A model generated the notes under the pieces. It was not told the DNA's origin and searched no databases. It worked only from the letters and a program-made list of their open reading frames with translations. DNA of 64,000 nucleotides from Squalus acanthias (taxonomy: Eukaryota), in the NCBI GenBank assembly GCA_030390025.1, contig CM059432.1:61196001-61260000 (forward strand), in the 5' to 3' direction. The translations under genes and the position numbers were made by a program. This document shows positions 12,620 through 25,502 of this stretch, piece after piece (position 1 is the first letter of the stretch; each line of letters starts with the position of its first letter).

Positions 12620-12915
12620 GCTGTAAAGTGCCTAATCGAAAGATGAAGTGCTGTTCCTCGAGCTTACGTTGAGCTTCATTGGAACAGTGTAAGAGGCCGA
12701 GGACAGAGAGGGCAGAGTGGGTGTGGAGCGGCGAATTAAAGTGACAGGCGACCGGAAGATTGGGGTCACGCTTACGGACTGAACAGAGGTGTTCCGCAAA
12801 ATGGTCACCCAATCTGCGTTTGGTCTCCCCAATGTAGAGGAGACCTCATCGTGAGCAGCGAATACAGTATACTAAATTGCAAGAAGTACAAGTAAATAGC
12901 TGTTTCACCTGGAAG

Positions 12916-13682
12916 GAGTGAAGTGATGCATTTTGGTAGAAAGAATGAGGAGTGGACATATAAACTAAATGGTACAATCCTAAATGGGTGCATGAACAGA
13001 GAGACCTGGGGGTATGTGTGCATAAATCGTTGAGGGTGGTAGGGCAGGTTGAGAAAGCAGTTAAAAAGGCTTAAGGGATCCTGGGCTTCATAAATAGAAG
13101 TATAGAGTACAAAAGTGTGGAAATTATGATGAACACTGGTTCGGCCCCAATTGGAGTACTGTGTCCAATTCTGGGCACCACACTTTAGGAAGGCTGTGAA
13201 GGCCTTAGAGAAGGTGCAGAAATGATTTACGAGAATGATTCCAGGAATGAGGGACTTCAGTTACATTGACAGACTGGAGAAGCTGGGGTTGTTCTCCTTG
13301 GAGCAGAGAAGATTGAGAGGAGATTTGATAGAGGTGTTCAAAATCATGAGGGGTCTGGACAGGGGAGAAAGAGAGAAACTGTTCCCATTCGCAGAAGGGT
13401 CAAGAACCAGAGGACACAGATTTAAGGTGATTGGCAAAAGAACCAAAGGCGACATAAGAAAAAACTTTTTGCTCAGCAAGTGGTTAAGATCTGGAATGCA
13501 CTGCCTGAAAGGGTGGTGGACGCAGACTCAATCTTATCTTTGAAAAGGGAGTTGGATAAGTAGCTAAAGGAAAAAAAAATTGCAGGGCTACGGGGAAAGA
13601 GCAGGGGAGTGGGACTAGCTGAGAGTCGGCACGGGCTTGATGGGCCGAATGGCCTTCTTCTGTGCTGTAACCATTCTATGAG
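12916..13682 (+). mobile_element. CR1 3' fragment nested in Penelope P1
   Basis: LEKLGLFSLEQRRLRGDLIEVFKI and a CR1 3' UTR ending CCATTCTATG. Confidence 0.9.
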
Positions 13683-16322
13683 TGCTTGGGGCCCTGGACA
13701 GTGGGAAAGGAGGAGGCGCTTGCACGGGAAGGTGCCGTGGGAAGGGGAAGGGTTGTTGGGGGTGATTGAGGAGTGGACCAGGGTGTCGCAGAGGGAGCGG
13801 TACCTTCGTAATGCTGAAAGGGGAGGGGAAGATGTATTGGTGGTGGGAGGGGAAGAGGTGAGAGTAGAAGTGCAGGAAATAGAACGGACACAGTCGAGGG
13901 CCATGTCAACCACGGTGGAGGGGAATCTTCGGTTGAGGAAAAAGGAAGACATATCGGAAGCACTAGTATGGAAGGTGGCATCGTCAGAGTAGATGCGACG
14001 GAGACGAAGAAACTGGGAGAATGGAATAGAGTCCTTACAGGAAGCAAGGTGGGAGGAAGTGTAGTCCAGGTGGCTGTGGGAGTCAGTGGGCTTATAGTGA
14101 ATGTTTGTCAATAGCCTATCCCCATAAATGGAGAAAGAGAAGTCGAGGAAGGGAAAGGAAGAGACAGAAATGGACCATTTGAAGGTGAGGGAAGGGTGGA
14201 AACTGGAAGCAAAGTGAATGAAATTTTCTAGATCAGGGCAAGAGCAGGAAACGGCACCGAGACAGTCATCAATGTACCGGAAAAAGAGGTGAGGGAGGGG
14301 ATCTGAGAACAAAGAATGTTGCACATATCCCACGAAAAGGCAGGCATAGCTAGGACCCATGCGGGTTCCCATAGCAACACCTTTAATTTGGAGGAAGTGA
14401 GTGGAGTCAAAGGAGAAGTTGTTCAATGTGAGTATAAGTTCAGCGAGGCGGAGGGAGGGTGGTGGTGGATGGGGACTGGTTGGGCCTCTGTCCAAGGAAG
14501 AAGCGGAGCGCCCTCAGGCCATCCTGGTAGGGGATGGAGGCATCCTGGTAGGGGATGGAGGTGTAGAGGGATTGGACGTCCATAGTGAAAAGGAGACAGT
14601 TGGGGCCAGGAAACTGGAAACTGTTAAAGTGGTGGAGGGTGTCGGAAGAGTCGCGGATGTAGGTGGGAAGAGACTGAACAAGGGGACAAAAAATAGAGTC
14701 ACGATAGGAAGAAATCAGTTTGATGTGGCAAGAACAGGCTGAAATGATGGGTCTACCAGGGCAGTCCTGTTTGTGGATCTTGGGAAGGAGGTAGAAATAG
14801 GCTGTGCAGGGTTGGGAAACTATGAGGTTGGCAGCCGTGGAGGGAAGATCTCCAGAGCAGATGAGGTCAGTGACAGTCTTGGAAATGATGGCTTGATGTC
14901 CGGTAGTGCGGTCATGGTCCAGGGGGAGGTAGGAGGAGGCATCAGAGAGTTAGCGTTCAGCCTCCACAAGGTAGAGGTCGGTTCGCCAAACAACAATAGC
15001 GCCACCCTTGTCAGCAGGACATCAGCCGTCTCAATTTCTCTGCTCTTCTCCCTCACTCCAACCTACCTCCCTCTGAATTTGCAGCACTCAGTTCTCTCAG
15101 ATCCAACACCAGCATTGTCATTAAACCCGCTGACAAGGGTGGCGCCATTTCTGTCTCCATTTATGGCGATAGGCTATTGACAAACATTCACTATAAGCCC
15201 ACTGACACCCACAGCTACCTGAACTACACTTCCTCCCATCGCTTCCTGTAAGGACTCTATTCCATTCTCCCAGTTTCTCCGTCTCCGTCGCATCTGCTCT
15301 GATGATGCCACCTTCCATACTAGTGCTTCCGATATGTCTTCCTTTTACCTCAACCGAGGATTCCCTTCTACCGTGGTTGACATGGCCCTCAACTGTGACC
15401 GTTCTATTTCCCGCACTTCTGCTCTCACCCCTTTCCCTCCCTCCCAGAACCACGATAGGGTTCCCCTTGTCCTCACCTTTCACCCCACCAGCCTCCACAT
15501 TCAACGTACCATCCTCCGCCACCTCCAGTGTGATCCCACGACCAAACACATCTTCCCCTCCCCTCTCCTTTCAGCATTCCAAAGGGACCGCTCCCTCAGC
15601 GACACTCTGGTCTACTCCTCAATCACCCCCAACATCCCTTCCCCTTCTCACGGCACTTTCCCGTGCAAGCTCAGGAGATGCAACATCTGCCCTTTTACCT
15701 CCTCCCTTCCCACTGTCCACAGCCCCAAACACTCCTTCCAGGTGAAACAGCAATTGTACTTCCTACAATTTACTATACTGTATTTGCTGCTCACGATGCA
15801 GTCTCCTCTACATTGGGGATACCAAACGCAGATTGGTGACCACTTTGCGGAACACCTCCATTCAGTCCGTAAGCGTGACCCCGAGCTTCCGGTCGCCTGT
15901 CACTTTAATTCTCCGCTTCACTCCCACTCTGACCTCTCCGTCCTCGGCCTCTTACACTGTTCCAATGAAGCTCAACGTAAGCTCGAGGAACAGCACCTCA
16001 TCTTTCGATTAGGCACTTTACAGCCTTCTGGACTCAACATCGAGTTCAACAATTTCAGACCATAACCTCTGCCCCTATTTTTTTTTCACATGGCAACTGT
16101 TGATGATTCTGCCATTCCCATTTACACCTCATCTAGACTCATCTTTTGTTTCTTAACTTGTCCCATTACCATCTCTTTTTGCCCTACAACATCATCCCTT
16201 TTGTCTTTTAATCTCTCCTGCCTTCCATCCTATCACAGACCTTCCCTTTTGTTCTTTTCTCCCCTCCCCCTTTCCCTTCCCCTGCACTTGCTTAAAAATC
16301 TGTTACATCTCTAACTTTTTCC

Positions 16323-16359
16323 AGTTCTGACGAACGGTCATCGACCTGAAATGTTAACT
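16323..16359 (+). ncRNA. Minimal hammerhead motif (P1), degenerate
   Basis: AGTT-CTGACGA-A-CGGTC-ATC-GACCT-GAAA-TG-TT-AACT; the AACGTT palindrome and the first stem II pair are mutated. Confidence 0.65.
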
Positions 16360-16619
16360 CTGTTTCTCTCTCCACAGATGCTGTCTGACCTGCTGAATAT
16401 TTCCAGCATTTTCTGTTTTTATTACATTTTGGATACTACTTGATGCGTTGAACTTATAGAACCATAATTTTATTTACATTGCACAGCACATCTTTTTCCT
16501 CCCCTCTTCTCCAGAAAACATGAACATTCGAAATGATGGACAGGAAAAGATCAGATGGTCCATAGAGCCATTCCTATACTGTCATGATGTGACTCCCACC
16601 AACTGCACAATGAAATAAT

Positions 16620-17026
16620 TAATTTAGTGCTTTTCATGTCCTCAGAACTTCTCAAAGGACTCCACAGCCAATGAAATAGTTTTGAACTGTCTATTGTAAT
16701 GTTGGGTGATGCAGCAGCCAATTTGTGCACAAACAGCAATAAGATAAATGATCGGACAATCTGTTTTGTGATGTTGACTGAGGGATAAATGTTAGCCAGA
16801 ACACCAGAAGAACTACCCTGCACTTTACATAGTAGCAAGGGGTCTTTTATGTTCATGAGAGGGCAGATGGGGCCTTAGTTTAACATCTCATCCAAAAGAA
16901 AGCACCTCCGACAGTGCAGTACTGCACTGAGATGACAGCTAGATGCTGTGTTCAAGTCTCTGCAGTGTGGCTTGAACCCATGACTTTCTAACTCAGGAGA
17001 GTGCTATCATTGAGCCAAGGCTGACA
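16620..17026 (-). mobile_element. Diverged Deu-domain SINE
   Basis: Similar to the copies at 6373-6637 and 7396-7692. Confidence 0.7.
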
Positions 17027-17745
17027 ATCTCCCAGGACAGGCAAAAAAAAAGAGAAAAAAAACCTCAGCCAATTTAGGAAAAGAATTCTGGGAAATTCCT
17101 CTCCAACCCAGTGATCAAACAGATTCCAGGAGACCACGGTGCCTGGGAGACACAGCCACAATACCTACCTACCTTCTATATGAGTGTGGCGAACATAACT
17201 CAGGAAGTTAACCTACTTCCTTTTGAATTTTTGAAGATTTTACTCCTTTATTGGAGTACAGTCCCACAACATGCAGTCAGCCTCCAATACAATTCCCAAG
17301 TGGCATTTTTGGATGTGAGCCTTGACAGTGAAAATGACAGGCAATTTAACTGTGGATAACATCATAGCCAAGCCAGATCCTATCTTCACTTGGGACCTTC
17401 TCGATATGTATAGCTCAGAGACAGTGGAGTTGATTTTCCTGAACTTTCTCCCCAATTTCCCAGGTGCAATGGGCAAGAAAATTATCAAAGACTCATTTCA
17501 CCGGGTCTTTGGCCTCTTGACATTGCCCCTAGGACTTCCCTGTTGAAGTTGAGGGGCACTGGAGTAGGTACTGGCCCATTGCAGGCATGCAAATGAATTG
17601 GGTGGGGTCATTACCAGCCTCCCTCCTCATTTTCCTTCTTGTCAGTCTATTATTCGCCCAATCAGAGGAGAGTCCAAAGAAAATAGGCATGGGGCTAGCA
17701 TCAGGAACCCTGTGGTTCATAAGGTCTGTAAGAATCCTAGAATTA

Positions 17746-17969
17746 AAAAGAACAAAGGACTTGCATTTATATAGCGTCTTTCACAACCTCAGGACGTACC
17801 AAAGCATTTTACACCCAATGAAGTAGTTTTGAAGTGTAGTCACTTTTGTAATGTATGAAACGCAGCAGCCAATTTGCGCAGAGCAAGATCCCACAAACAG
17901 CAATGTAATAATGACCAGATAATCTGTTTTTTAGCGATGTTGGTTGAGGGAGAAATATTGGCCCAGACA
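17746..17969 (-). mobile_element. Deu-SINE 3' half
   Basis: GACTTGCATTTATATAGCG tail plus SINE body. Confidence 0.75.
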
Positions 17970-18464
17970 ATGAAGATGCCTGCAGGCAAGATGATCTTCG
18001 GGCCTTGGGTCCTTCTGGCTGCTGTGGGGGCCAGAAAATTGGCCAGAGTGTCGTTTACCTCTAAAACATCAGGAGAGCCCTATGTCGTTTTTAATTATCT
18101 ATCAGAAACAACTGTTATCACTTATATAAAATAAAGGATACTGCACTGTTAGCAATAAATTATTGCTCTTCTTTCAGTGAAAAGAACAATAAAAGCGTAA
18201 TCAAAGAATTAAAAAAGGCTAGTTAGCCCATCCAGCTCCCTTTATAATCCAAATCCTGTTTCAAAAGTCAAACAGATCTTGTTTCTTTTTTTTTGACTTG
18301 ATGAATTTTTGTGCTCATCAAGGTGAGAGATGTCTTTGCTTGAAAATCAAAAATGTTTCCACCTTTGGGACCCAGTGTCTGCATCTGGTGTTCCCAGACT
18401 AAATACACCAGAGGGTTATCATCAACGTGAATCATTACTGGATTCCGCACTAATAATAAGACAC

Positions 18465-20116
18465 AAGAAGACATAAGAATTAGGAGCTGGAGTAGGCCAT
18501 ACAGCCCTATGAGCCTGCTCTGCCATTCAATAATCATAGCCCCACAACTCCACTTTCCCGCCCGATCCCCATATCCTTTAATTACCCATAGAGTCCAAAA
18601 ATCTATCTATCTCAGCATGGAATATACTCAACGACTCAGCATTCACAGCCCTCTGGGGTAGAGAATTCCAAAGATTCACAACCCTGAGTGAAGAAATTCC
18701 TCCTCATCTCAGTCTTAATTGGCCGACCCCTTATCCTGAGACTATGCCCCCTAGTTCTAGACTCTCCAGCCAGGGGAAACAACCTCTCAGCAGCTACCCT
18801 GTCAATCCCCCTCAGAATCTTGTATGTTTCAATGAGATCACTTCTCATTCTTCTAAACTCCAGAGAGTATAGGCCCAATCTACTCAATCTCTCCTCATAG
18901 GACAACTCTCTCATCCCAGGAATCAATCTAGTGAATCTTCGTTGCACTGCCTCTTAGATAAGGACACTAAGGGCTGGATTTTACCAGCCCTGAGGAGGCG
19001 TGTCTAGAGGCGGGACTGCTGGGAAAATCCGCCTCCAACCAATATTCCCAGGAGTCGGGTCCCCGATTTGCGCAGGGTCCCGACTCCTAGAGGCGGGATG
19101 AGGATTACAGCCACTTAACTGCCTGTTAACAGATAGTTAACAGGCAGTTAAGAGGCTTTTTCCCATTTTTCCACTGTTGCTGCGGGCTTCCCAACATCGG
19201 GGAACCCCGCCAGGGTAAGTGAGGCCTGATGTGGGTCTACTGTAATTTTTGTGTATATCTGACAGCTGCAGAAGTGGTTTAAAGGATTCAATGAGACACT
19301 GGTGAGTATCAGAGGTAACGAAAAGTTATGAGAGTAATGTTTAATGTGTTTAGATGTTTCTGCAGGTGACAAGCTGTGAAGTGTTTGTGTAGGCTCATCT
19401 CATCGGGAGAAGTGACAGATGGCTTCTGCAATCTCAGCTGCAGCTGCCATCTGTTTTATCCTAAGGAGAGAGTAATTGGAGAGCCTGGGTTCAAGGGCTC
19501 ACCTTCGGACAGCGATTGTCAGTGTTTGACAGGAGCTCAATGTTGTCAAACACTGTCAAATCATCTGTCAAACAAGTGTGGTGCATATGCCTTTAAGAAA
19601 ACCGGCAGATGAAGCGTCATCAACTGATGTCATCTGACACCGGCTTTCCCTTAATTGGCCGGCAAGCCCACAGAGCGGCTTAACAAGGCCAATCAGGGGA
19701 AAATAGCATCAGCTCGTCAGACGTCGCTGGGGGCAGGACTGGAACCCGAAAACCAGCAGTCCCGCCTCGAACTCAGCCTTCCAGGTAAGATTCCGCCCTA
19801 AAACTCTGCACAGTACTCCAGGTGTGGTCTCACCAAGGCCCTGTACAATTGTAGCAAGACTTCCTTACTCTTGTACTTCAACCCCCTTGCAATAAAGGCC
19901 AACATGCCATTTGCCTTCCTAACTGCTTGCTGTACCTGCATGCTAACGCTCTGTGTTTTCTGTACGAGGGCTCCTAAATTTCTCTGAACATCAACATTTA
20001 ATAGAGTCTCACCATTTAAAAAATATTCTGTTTTTCTATTCTTCCTACCAAAGTGAATTATCTCATATTTCCCCACATTATACTCCATCTGCCACCTTAT
20101 TGCCCACTCACTGAAC
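18465..20116 (-). mobile_element. CR1 3' fragment interrupted by a MITE
   Basis: ORFs 19798-20178 and 18636-18947 are consecutive parts of the CR1 ORF2 C-terminus. Confidence 0.9.
18971..19798. mobile_element. Harbinger-type MITE
   Basis: TIRs GGGCTGGATTTTACC / GGTAAGATTCCGCCC; TSD TAA at 18968-18970 and 19799-19801. Confidence 0.85.
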
Positions 20117-20374
20117 CCGTCCCTTTGCAGGCTCACCCAGCACACAAACCAACAGTCAACATTGAGAGACCAGTCCATGTGTCAGCAGTTGCTGACAAAA
20201 ATCAGGGTGGATGGGGCCCCTTTCCTTTCAGTCCCACTCCTACTGAGTCTTATTGCCAATTGAGGTGATTCATACCATTGCAGGCAGAAATTCTCACAAG
20301 AACAAGAATTCCCACCTACAAAAGGCAAAGGGAGAAATGGATTACAAAGAAAGAAGGAAAGAAGGAAAGGAGAA

Positions 20375-23300
20375 ATTAGGGCAGGTGACCAAAAACTTGG
20401 TCAAAGAGGTAGGTTTTAAGGAGCGTCTTAAAAGAGGAAAGAGAGGTAGCGAGGCAGAGAGGTTTAGGCAGGGAATTCCAGAGCTTAGGGCCTAGGCAAC
20501 AGAAGGCACGGCCACCAATGGTTGAGCGATTATAAATCAGGGATGCTCAAGAGGATAGAATTAGAGGAGCGCAGATATCTCGGGAGGTTTTGGGGCTGAA
20601 GGAGATTACAGAGATAGGGAGGGGCGAGGCCATGGAAGGATTTGAAAACAAGGATGAGAATTTTGAAATCGAGGCGTTGTTTAACTGGGAGCCAATGTAG
20701 GACAGCGAGCACAGGGGTGATGGGTGAACGGGACTTGGTGCGAGTTTTTTTTTAATTTGCTTATGGGATCTGGGCGTCGCTGGCAAGGCCAGCATTTATT
20801 GCCCATCCCTAGTTGCCCTTGAGTAGGTGGTGGTGAGCCACCTTCTTGAACCGCTACAGTCCGTGTGGTGAACGTACACCCACAGTGCTGTTAAGTTTGG
20901 AGTTCCAGGATTTTGACCCAGCGACGATGAAGGATCGGCGATCTACTTCTAAGTCAGGATGGTCTGTGACTTGGAGGGGAACTTAGAAGTGGTGGTTTTC
21001 CCATGCGCCTGCTGCCCTTGTCCTTCTAGGTGGAAGAGGTCGCAGGTTTGGGAGGTGCTGCCGAAGAAGCCTTGGCGAGTTGCTGCCGTGCATCTTGTAG
21101 ATGGTGTACACTGCAGCCACAGTACGCCGGTGGTGGAGGGAGTGAATGTTTAAGGTGGTGGATGGGATGCCAATCAAGCAGGCTGCTTTGTCCTGGATGG
21201 TGTCGAGCTTCTTGAGTGTTGTTGGAGCTGCACTCATCCAGGCAAGTGGAGAGTATTCCATCACACTCCTTACTAGTGCCTTGTAGATGGTGGAAAGGCT
21301 TTGGGGAGTCAGGAGGTGAGACACTCGCCGCAGAATACCTAGCCTCTGACCTGCTCCTGTTGCCACAGTATTTATGTGACTGATCCAGTTAAGTTTCTGG
21401 TCAATGGTGACCCCCAGGATGTTGATAGTGAGGATTCGGTGATGGTAATGCCGTTGAATGTCAAGGGGAGGTGGTTAGACGCTCACTTGTTGGAGATAAT
21501 CATTGCTGGCACTTCTGTGGCGCGACTGTTACCTGCCACTTATCAGCCCAAGCCTGAACATCATCCAGGTCTTGTTGCATGCGGTCATGGACTGCTTCAT
21601 TATCTGAGGAGTTGTGAATGGCGCTGAACACTGTGCAGTCATCAGCGAACATCCCCATTTCTGACCTTATGTTGGAGGGAAGGTCATTGATGAAGCAGCT
21701 GAAGATGGTTGGGCCCAGGACACTGCCCTGGGGAACTCCTGTAGCGATGTCCTGGGGCTGTGATGATTGACCTTCAACCACCACAACCATCTTCCTTTGT
21801 GCTAGGTATGACTCCAGCCAGTGGAGCGTTTTCCCCGATTCCCATTGACGTCAGTTTTACTAGGGCTCCTTCATGCCACACTCAGTCAAATGCTGCCTTG
21901 ATGTCAAGGGCAGTCACTCTCACCTCACCTCTGGAATTCAGCTCCTTTGCCCATGTTAGGACATGGGCAGCCGAGTTTTGGATCACCTCAGGTTTACGTA
22001 GGGTAGAATGTGGGAGGCCAGTCAGGAGTGTGTTGGAATAGTCAAGTCTAGAGGTAAGCGGATGAGCTGAGGCAAGGGTGGAAACAGGCGATGTTACGGA
22101 GGTGGAAATAGGCGGTCTTAGTTATGCTGCAGATATGTGGTCGGAAGCTCATTTCAGGGTCAAACATGACACCAAGGTTGCGAACAGTGTGGTTCAGCCT
22201 CAGACAGATGTTAGGGAGAGGGATGGAGTCAGTGGCTAGGGAACGGAGTTTGTGGCGGGGACTGAAAACAATGGTTTCGGTCTTCCCAATATGTAATTGG
22301 AGAAAATTTCTGCCCATCCAGAACAGGATGTCGGACAAGCAGTCTGACAATTTAGAGACCGTGGAGGGGTCAAGAGAAGTGGTAGAGAGCTAGAGCTGGG
22401 TGTCATCAGCGCACATGTGGAAACTGACGCTGTGTTTTCGGATGATGTCGCCAAGGGGCAGCATGTAGATGAGAAATAGGAGGGGGCCAAGGATAGATCC
22501 TTGGGGGACACCAGAGGTAATGATGCAGAAGCGGTAAGAGAAGCCGTTGCAGGTGATTCTCTGGCTACAATTAGATAGATAAGAATGGAACCAGGCGAGA
22601 GCAGTCCCACCCAGCTGGACGATGGTGGGGAGGCGTTGGAGGAGGCTGGAGTGGTCAACCATGTCAAAGGCTGCAGACAAGTCAAGAAGGACGAAGAGGG
22701 ACTGTTTACCTTTGTCACAGTCACAAAGGATGTCATTTGTGATTCTGATGAGAGCCGTTTCGGTACTGTGGCAAGGGCGGAAACCTAATTGGAGGGATTC
22801 AAACATGGAATTACAGGAAAGATGGGCATGGATTTTGGAGGCGACAACACGTTCAAGGACTTTGGAGAGGAAAGGGAGGTTGGAGATGGGGCAGGTAGTT
22901 TGCAAGGACGGAGGGGTCAAGGGTTGTTTTTTTGTGGCGAGGGGCAATGACAGCAGATTTGTGGGAGAGGAGGACAGTACCTGAGGAGAGAGAACCGTTA
23001 ACAATGTCAGCTAATATGGGAGCCAGAAAAGAAAGTTGGGTGGTCAGCAGTTTAGTGGAAATAGGGTCAAAGGAGCAGGAAGTGGGTCTCATGGACAAGA
23101 TGAGCGCGGCGAGGTCATGAGGGGAGATCAGAGAGAAACTGGAGAAAGATGCGAGTTCATAGCTAGGGCAGTGGGGAACCTTAGAGGAAGTTTGGCCTGG
23201 TGGGCTAGGGGCAGGAAGGGAAGTGGCAGAGGCAGCTGAACGGATGGTCTTAATCTTAGAGACAAAGAAATCCGTGAGCTCCTCACACTTGTTGTCAGAG

Positions 23301-24900
23301 GTGAGGGTGGAGGAGACAGAGGAGAGGGGTTTAAGAAGATGCTTTGCAGTGGAGAATAGGAGCCGGGGTTTATCTTTGCATTTCAGAATGATTCTGGAAT
23401 AGTGTGCAATTTTGGCAGACGAGAGCAGAACCCGATAATACTTTATGTGGTGAATGGCTAAACCAGTTGTCCGCCGTATCCATTCAAGTCTGCATCCCTG
23501 GGACTTAAGGGAGTGAAGATGAGGGCCATACCAGGGGGAACGACCAGGGTGAGAGAGAGTAATTGTTTTAATAGGGACTAGGGCATCAAAGGTGGTGGTG
23601 AGGGTGTGGTGGAGCAGATCGGTAGCTGCAGAAATGTCATGGTGAATGGCGGGCCAAAGGCTGGACAGTTGGGGTTTCGTAAGTGCAGTTGTAAGAGAGT
23701 TGGGGGAGAGTTTTTTCCAGGGGCAGACACAAAAGTAAGTAGGGTTGACGGGGGGCGGTGGGGGTGGGGGGGCGCGGTGGAAGGGGGATGTGGGTGGAGA
23801 GCGATACGAGGAAGTGGTCAGAGATGGCCTTATCTGCGATTGACACGATGAGAGTAGCGAGGCCACGAGAGATGGCAAGGTCGAGGGGGTGGCCGTGAAT
23901 ATGGATTGGGGAGTTTACATGGAGGGAGAGATTAAGGGAGGATAGGAGGCTAGTGAACTCAGAGGAGAGAGAGCATGATGAATTGAGATGGAGGTTGAAA
24001 TCACCGAGGGTGAGAAGTCATTCGGTGCAGAGGCTGAGGGAGGAGAGCAGTGAAGATATCGCGGTAATAAAATTTTTATGGTACTTGGGTGGGCGGTAGA
24101 GAACAAGAACTTTAAATGAGAGGTGAGAGGGGTGGAATAAGGTGAGATGCTCAAAAGAGGAGAAAATGCCGGAGGAGTAGGGGGACAGACCAAGGTATGA
24201 TTTGGTGATGAGAGCCACACCGCCACCATGGCGGTCTGAACAGGGCAAGTGGCGGAAGGTATAGCCAGGCGGAGAGGTTTCATTTAAGGGTAAGGTGTCA
24301 TCACCACTCAAACAAGTTTCCATCAGGGCCATGATGTCGATGCAATCATCCACGATAAGCTCATGGATGGCAAGGGCCTTGTTCGTTAGTGAACGGACAT
24401 TCTGGAGGGAGATGCAGAGAGGGTCGGTGATGGCTGCCCAACTGCCAGCGTCCACAGGGTCAACGTTGGGGGGGGGATGAGTTGGACGGGGAGGAGATGG
24501 CAAGATTTTCCCCCAGTGGGCGCGCTGGGCGGGAAGGTCGGCGAGGGAGTAGGATGGGACAGTTGGGGTTGCTGCTCGTAAGGCAGCAGCGACGAGTGCC
24601 TCGATGGGCCCTTCATAGGATGCCAAGAGAGGCACAGAGGGAAGCTGTAGGCTTATCGAAGAGGGAGTCAAGCCTGGGACAGCGGCAGGAGAGTAGGAAG
24701 GTCGAAGAGTAATAAAGGATTGGGGTAGGGATTTGGGAGGGCATAGTACCCGAGAGAGGAGAGATGAAAGGAGGCATGGCGACAGGAGAGAGCGGTCAGG
24801 GAGCGATAGAGAGAACAGGAAAAGAGGGGGAAAAAGTGAAAAAGCATTGAATGGCTCGGATCCGGAGCGGCAGCCAAAGTGCACACGCGAATGAACACGG
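20375..24900 (-). mobile_element. L2 LINE, long frameshifted copy (APE+RT), interrupted at 20745-21955
   Basis: APE motif LQNVRSLTNK; RT motifs LLDLSAAFDMVDH, GVPQGSILGP and CADDTQL; L2 C-terminus LHWLPVKQRLDFKIL. Confidence 0.9.
20745..21955 (-). mobile_element. 3' fragment of the tRNA-headed LINE family, nested in L2
   Basis: Matches 11430-12610 in reverse (FADD, SLHHRRTVAA). Confidence 0.9.
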
Positions 24901-25502
24901 GAAAAGCTCAGGTTACAGAGGCCTGTTTAAACGTAGTAATTAATGGAATATTTATTTCCTGGTAGCAGGGAATAGGTTGGAGACAATAGTAGGGAGATCA
25001 GGGTCAAAGTCAGAGGTCCCATGGAAGGACAAATCTGACGTAAGCAGGATGGAGCCGGTACGGAGCGTCGACGAACCGCTGTCCAAAGCAGGTGAGTGAA
25101 GTCCAGAAGCTATTTGACGGGTAGAGAGTTCGAGGATGGTGGTTGTTGCTGTAGGAATGAGAGTCGGTAGCGGTGCAGAAAGATGATGGCTAAATTGACG
25201 CAAGTTGGAGGTCACCGTAGATCAAAGCGGTGGAGAAAAAGTAAAGCCATAAGCCAGCGACCAGCAAAGCTGAAAACTGGTAGAATGAGTCACTGGACAG
25301 CAAGTGGAGCAGCAGCTGCTACCTAGAAGCCAGCAGAGCTGAAAAACCAGTAGAACCAGTTCAGCAGAGACACAACCGCAGTTTAAAGGTAAAAATCTTT
25401 TAGCAGTAGAGATATAGAGACACAGCAGGTGTAATTCAGTGTAGTCCAGTGCAGAAACGTAGGGGCCTTTCCACCAATCTTGCCCCAACTAACTTTCTTT
25501 TA

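Larger units (their letters stand above)
9010..16420. mobile_element. Penelope-like element family P1, head-to-head composite (minus copy 9010-9442, 12620-12915, 13680-15017; plus copy ~15018-16420)
   Basis: PLE RT motifs (PADKGGA, GVAMGTRMGPSYA, RYIDD) and a GIY-YIG C-terminus (PVACHFNS...EQHLIFRLGTLQPSGLN). TSD ATTACATTTTGGATA at 8995-9009 and 16421-16435. Confidence 0.9.

Noticed and set aside
14520..14561. 21-bp tandem duplication in the Penelope RT
   Set aside because: A local slippage event in a dead copy with no sign of function.
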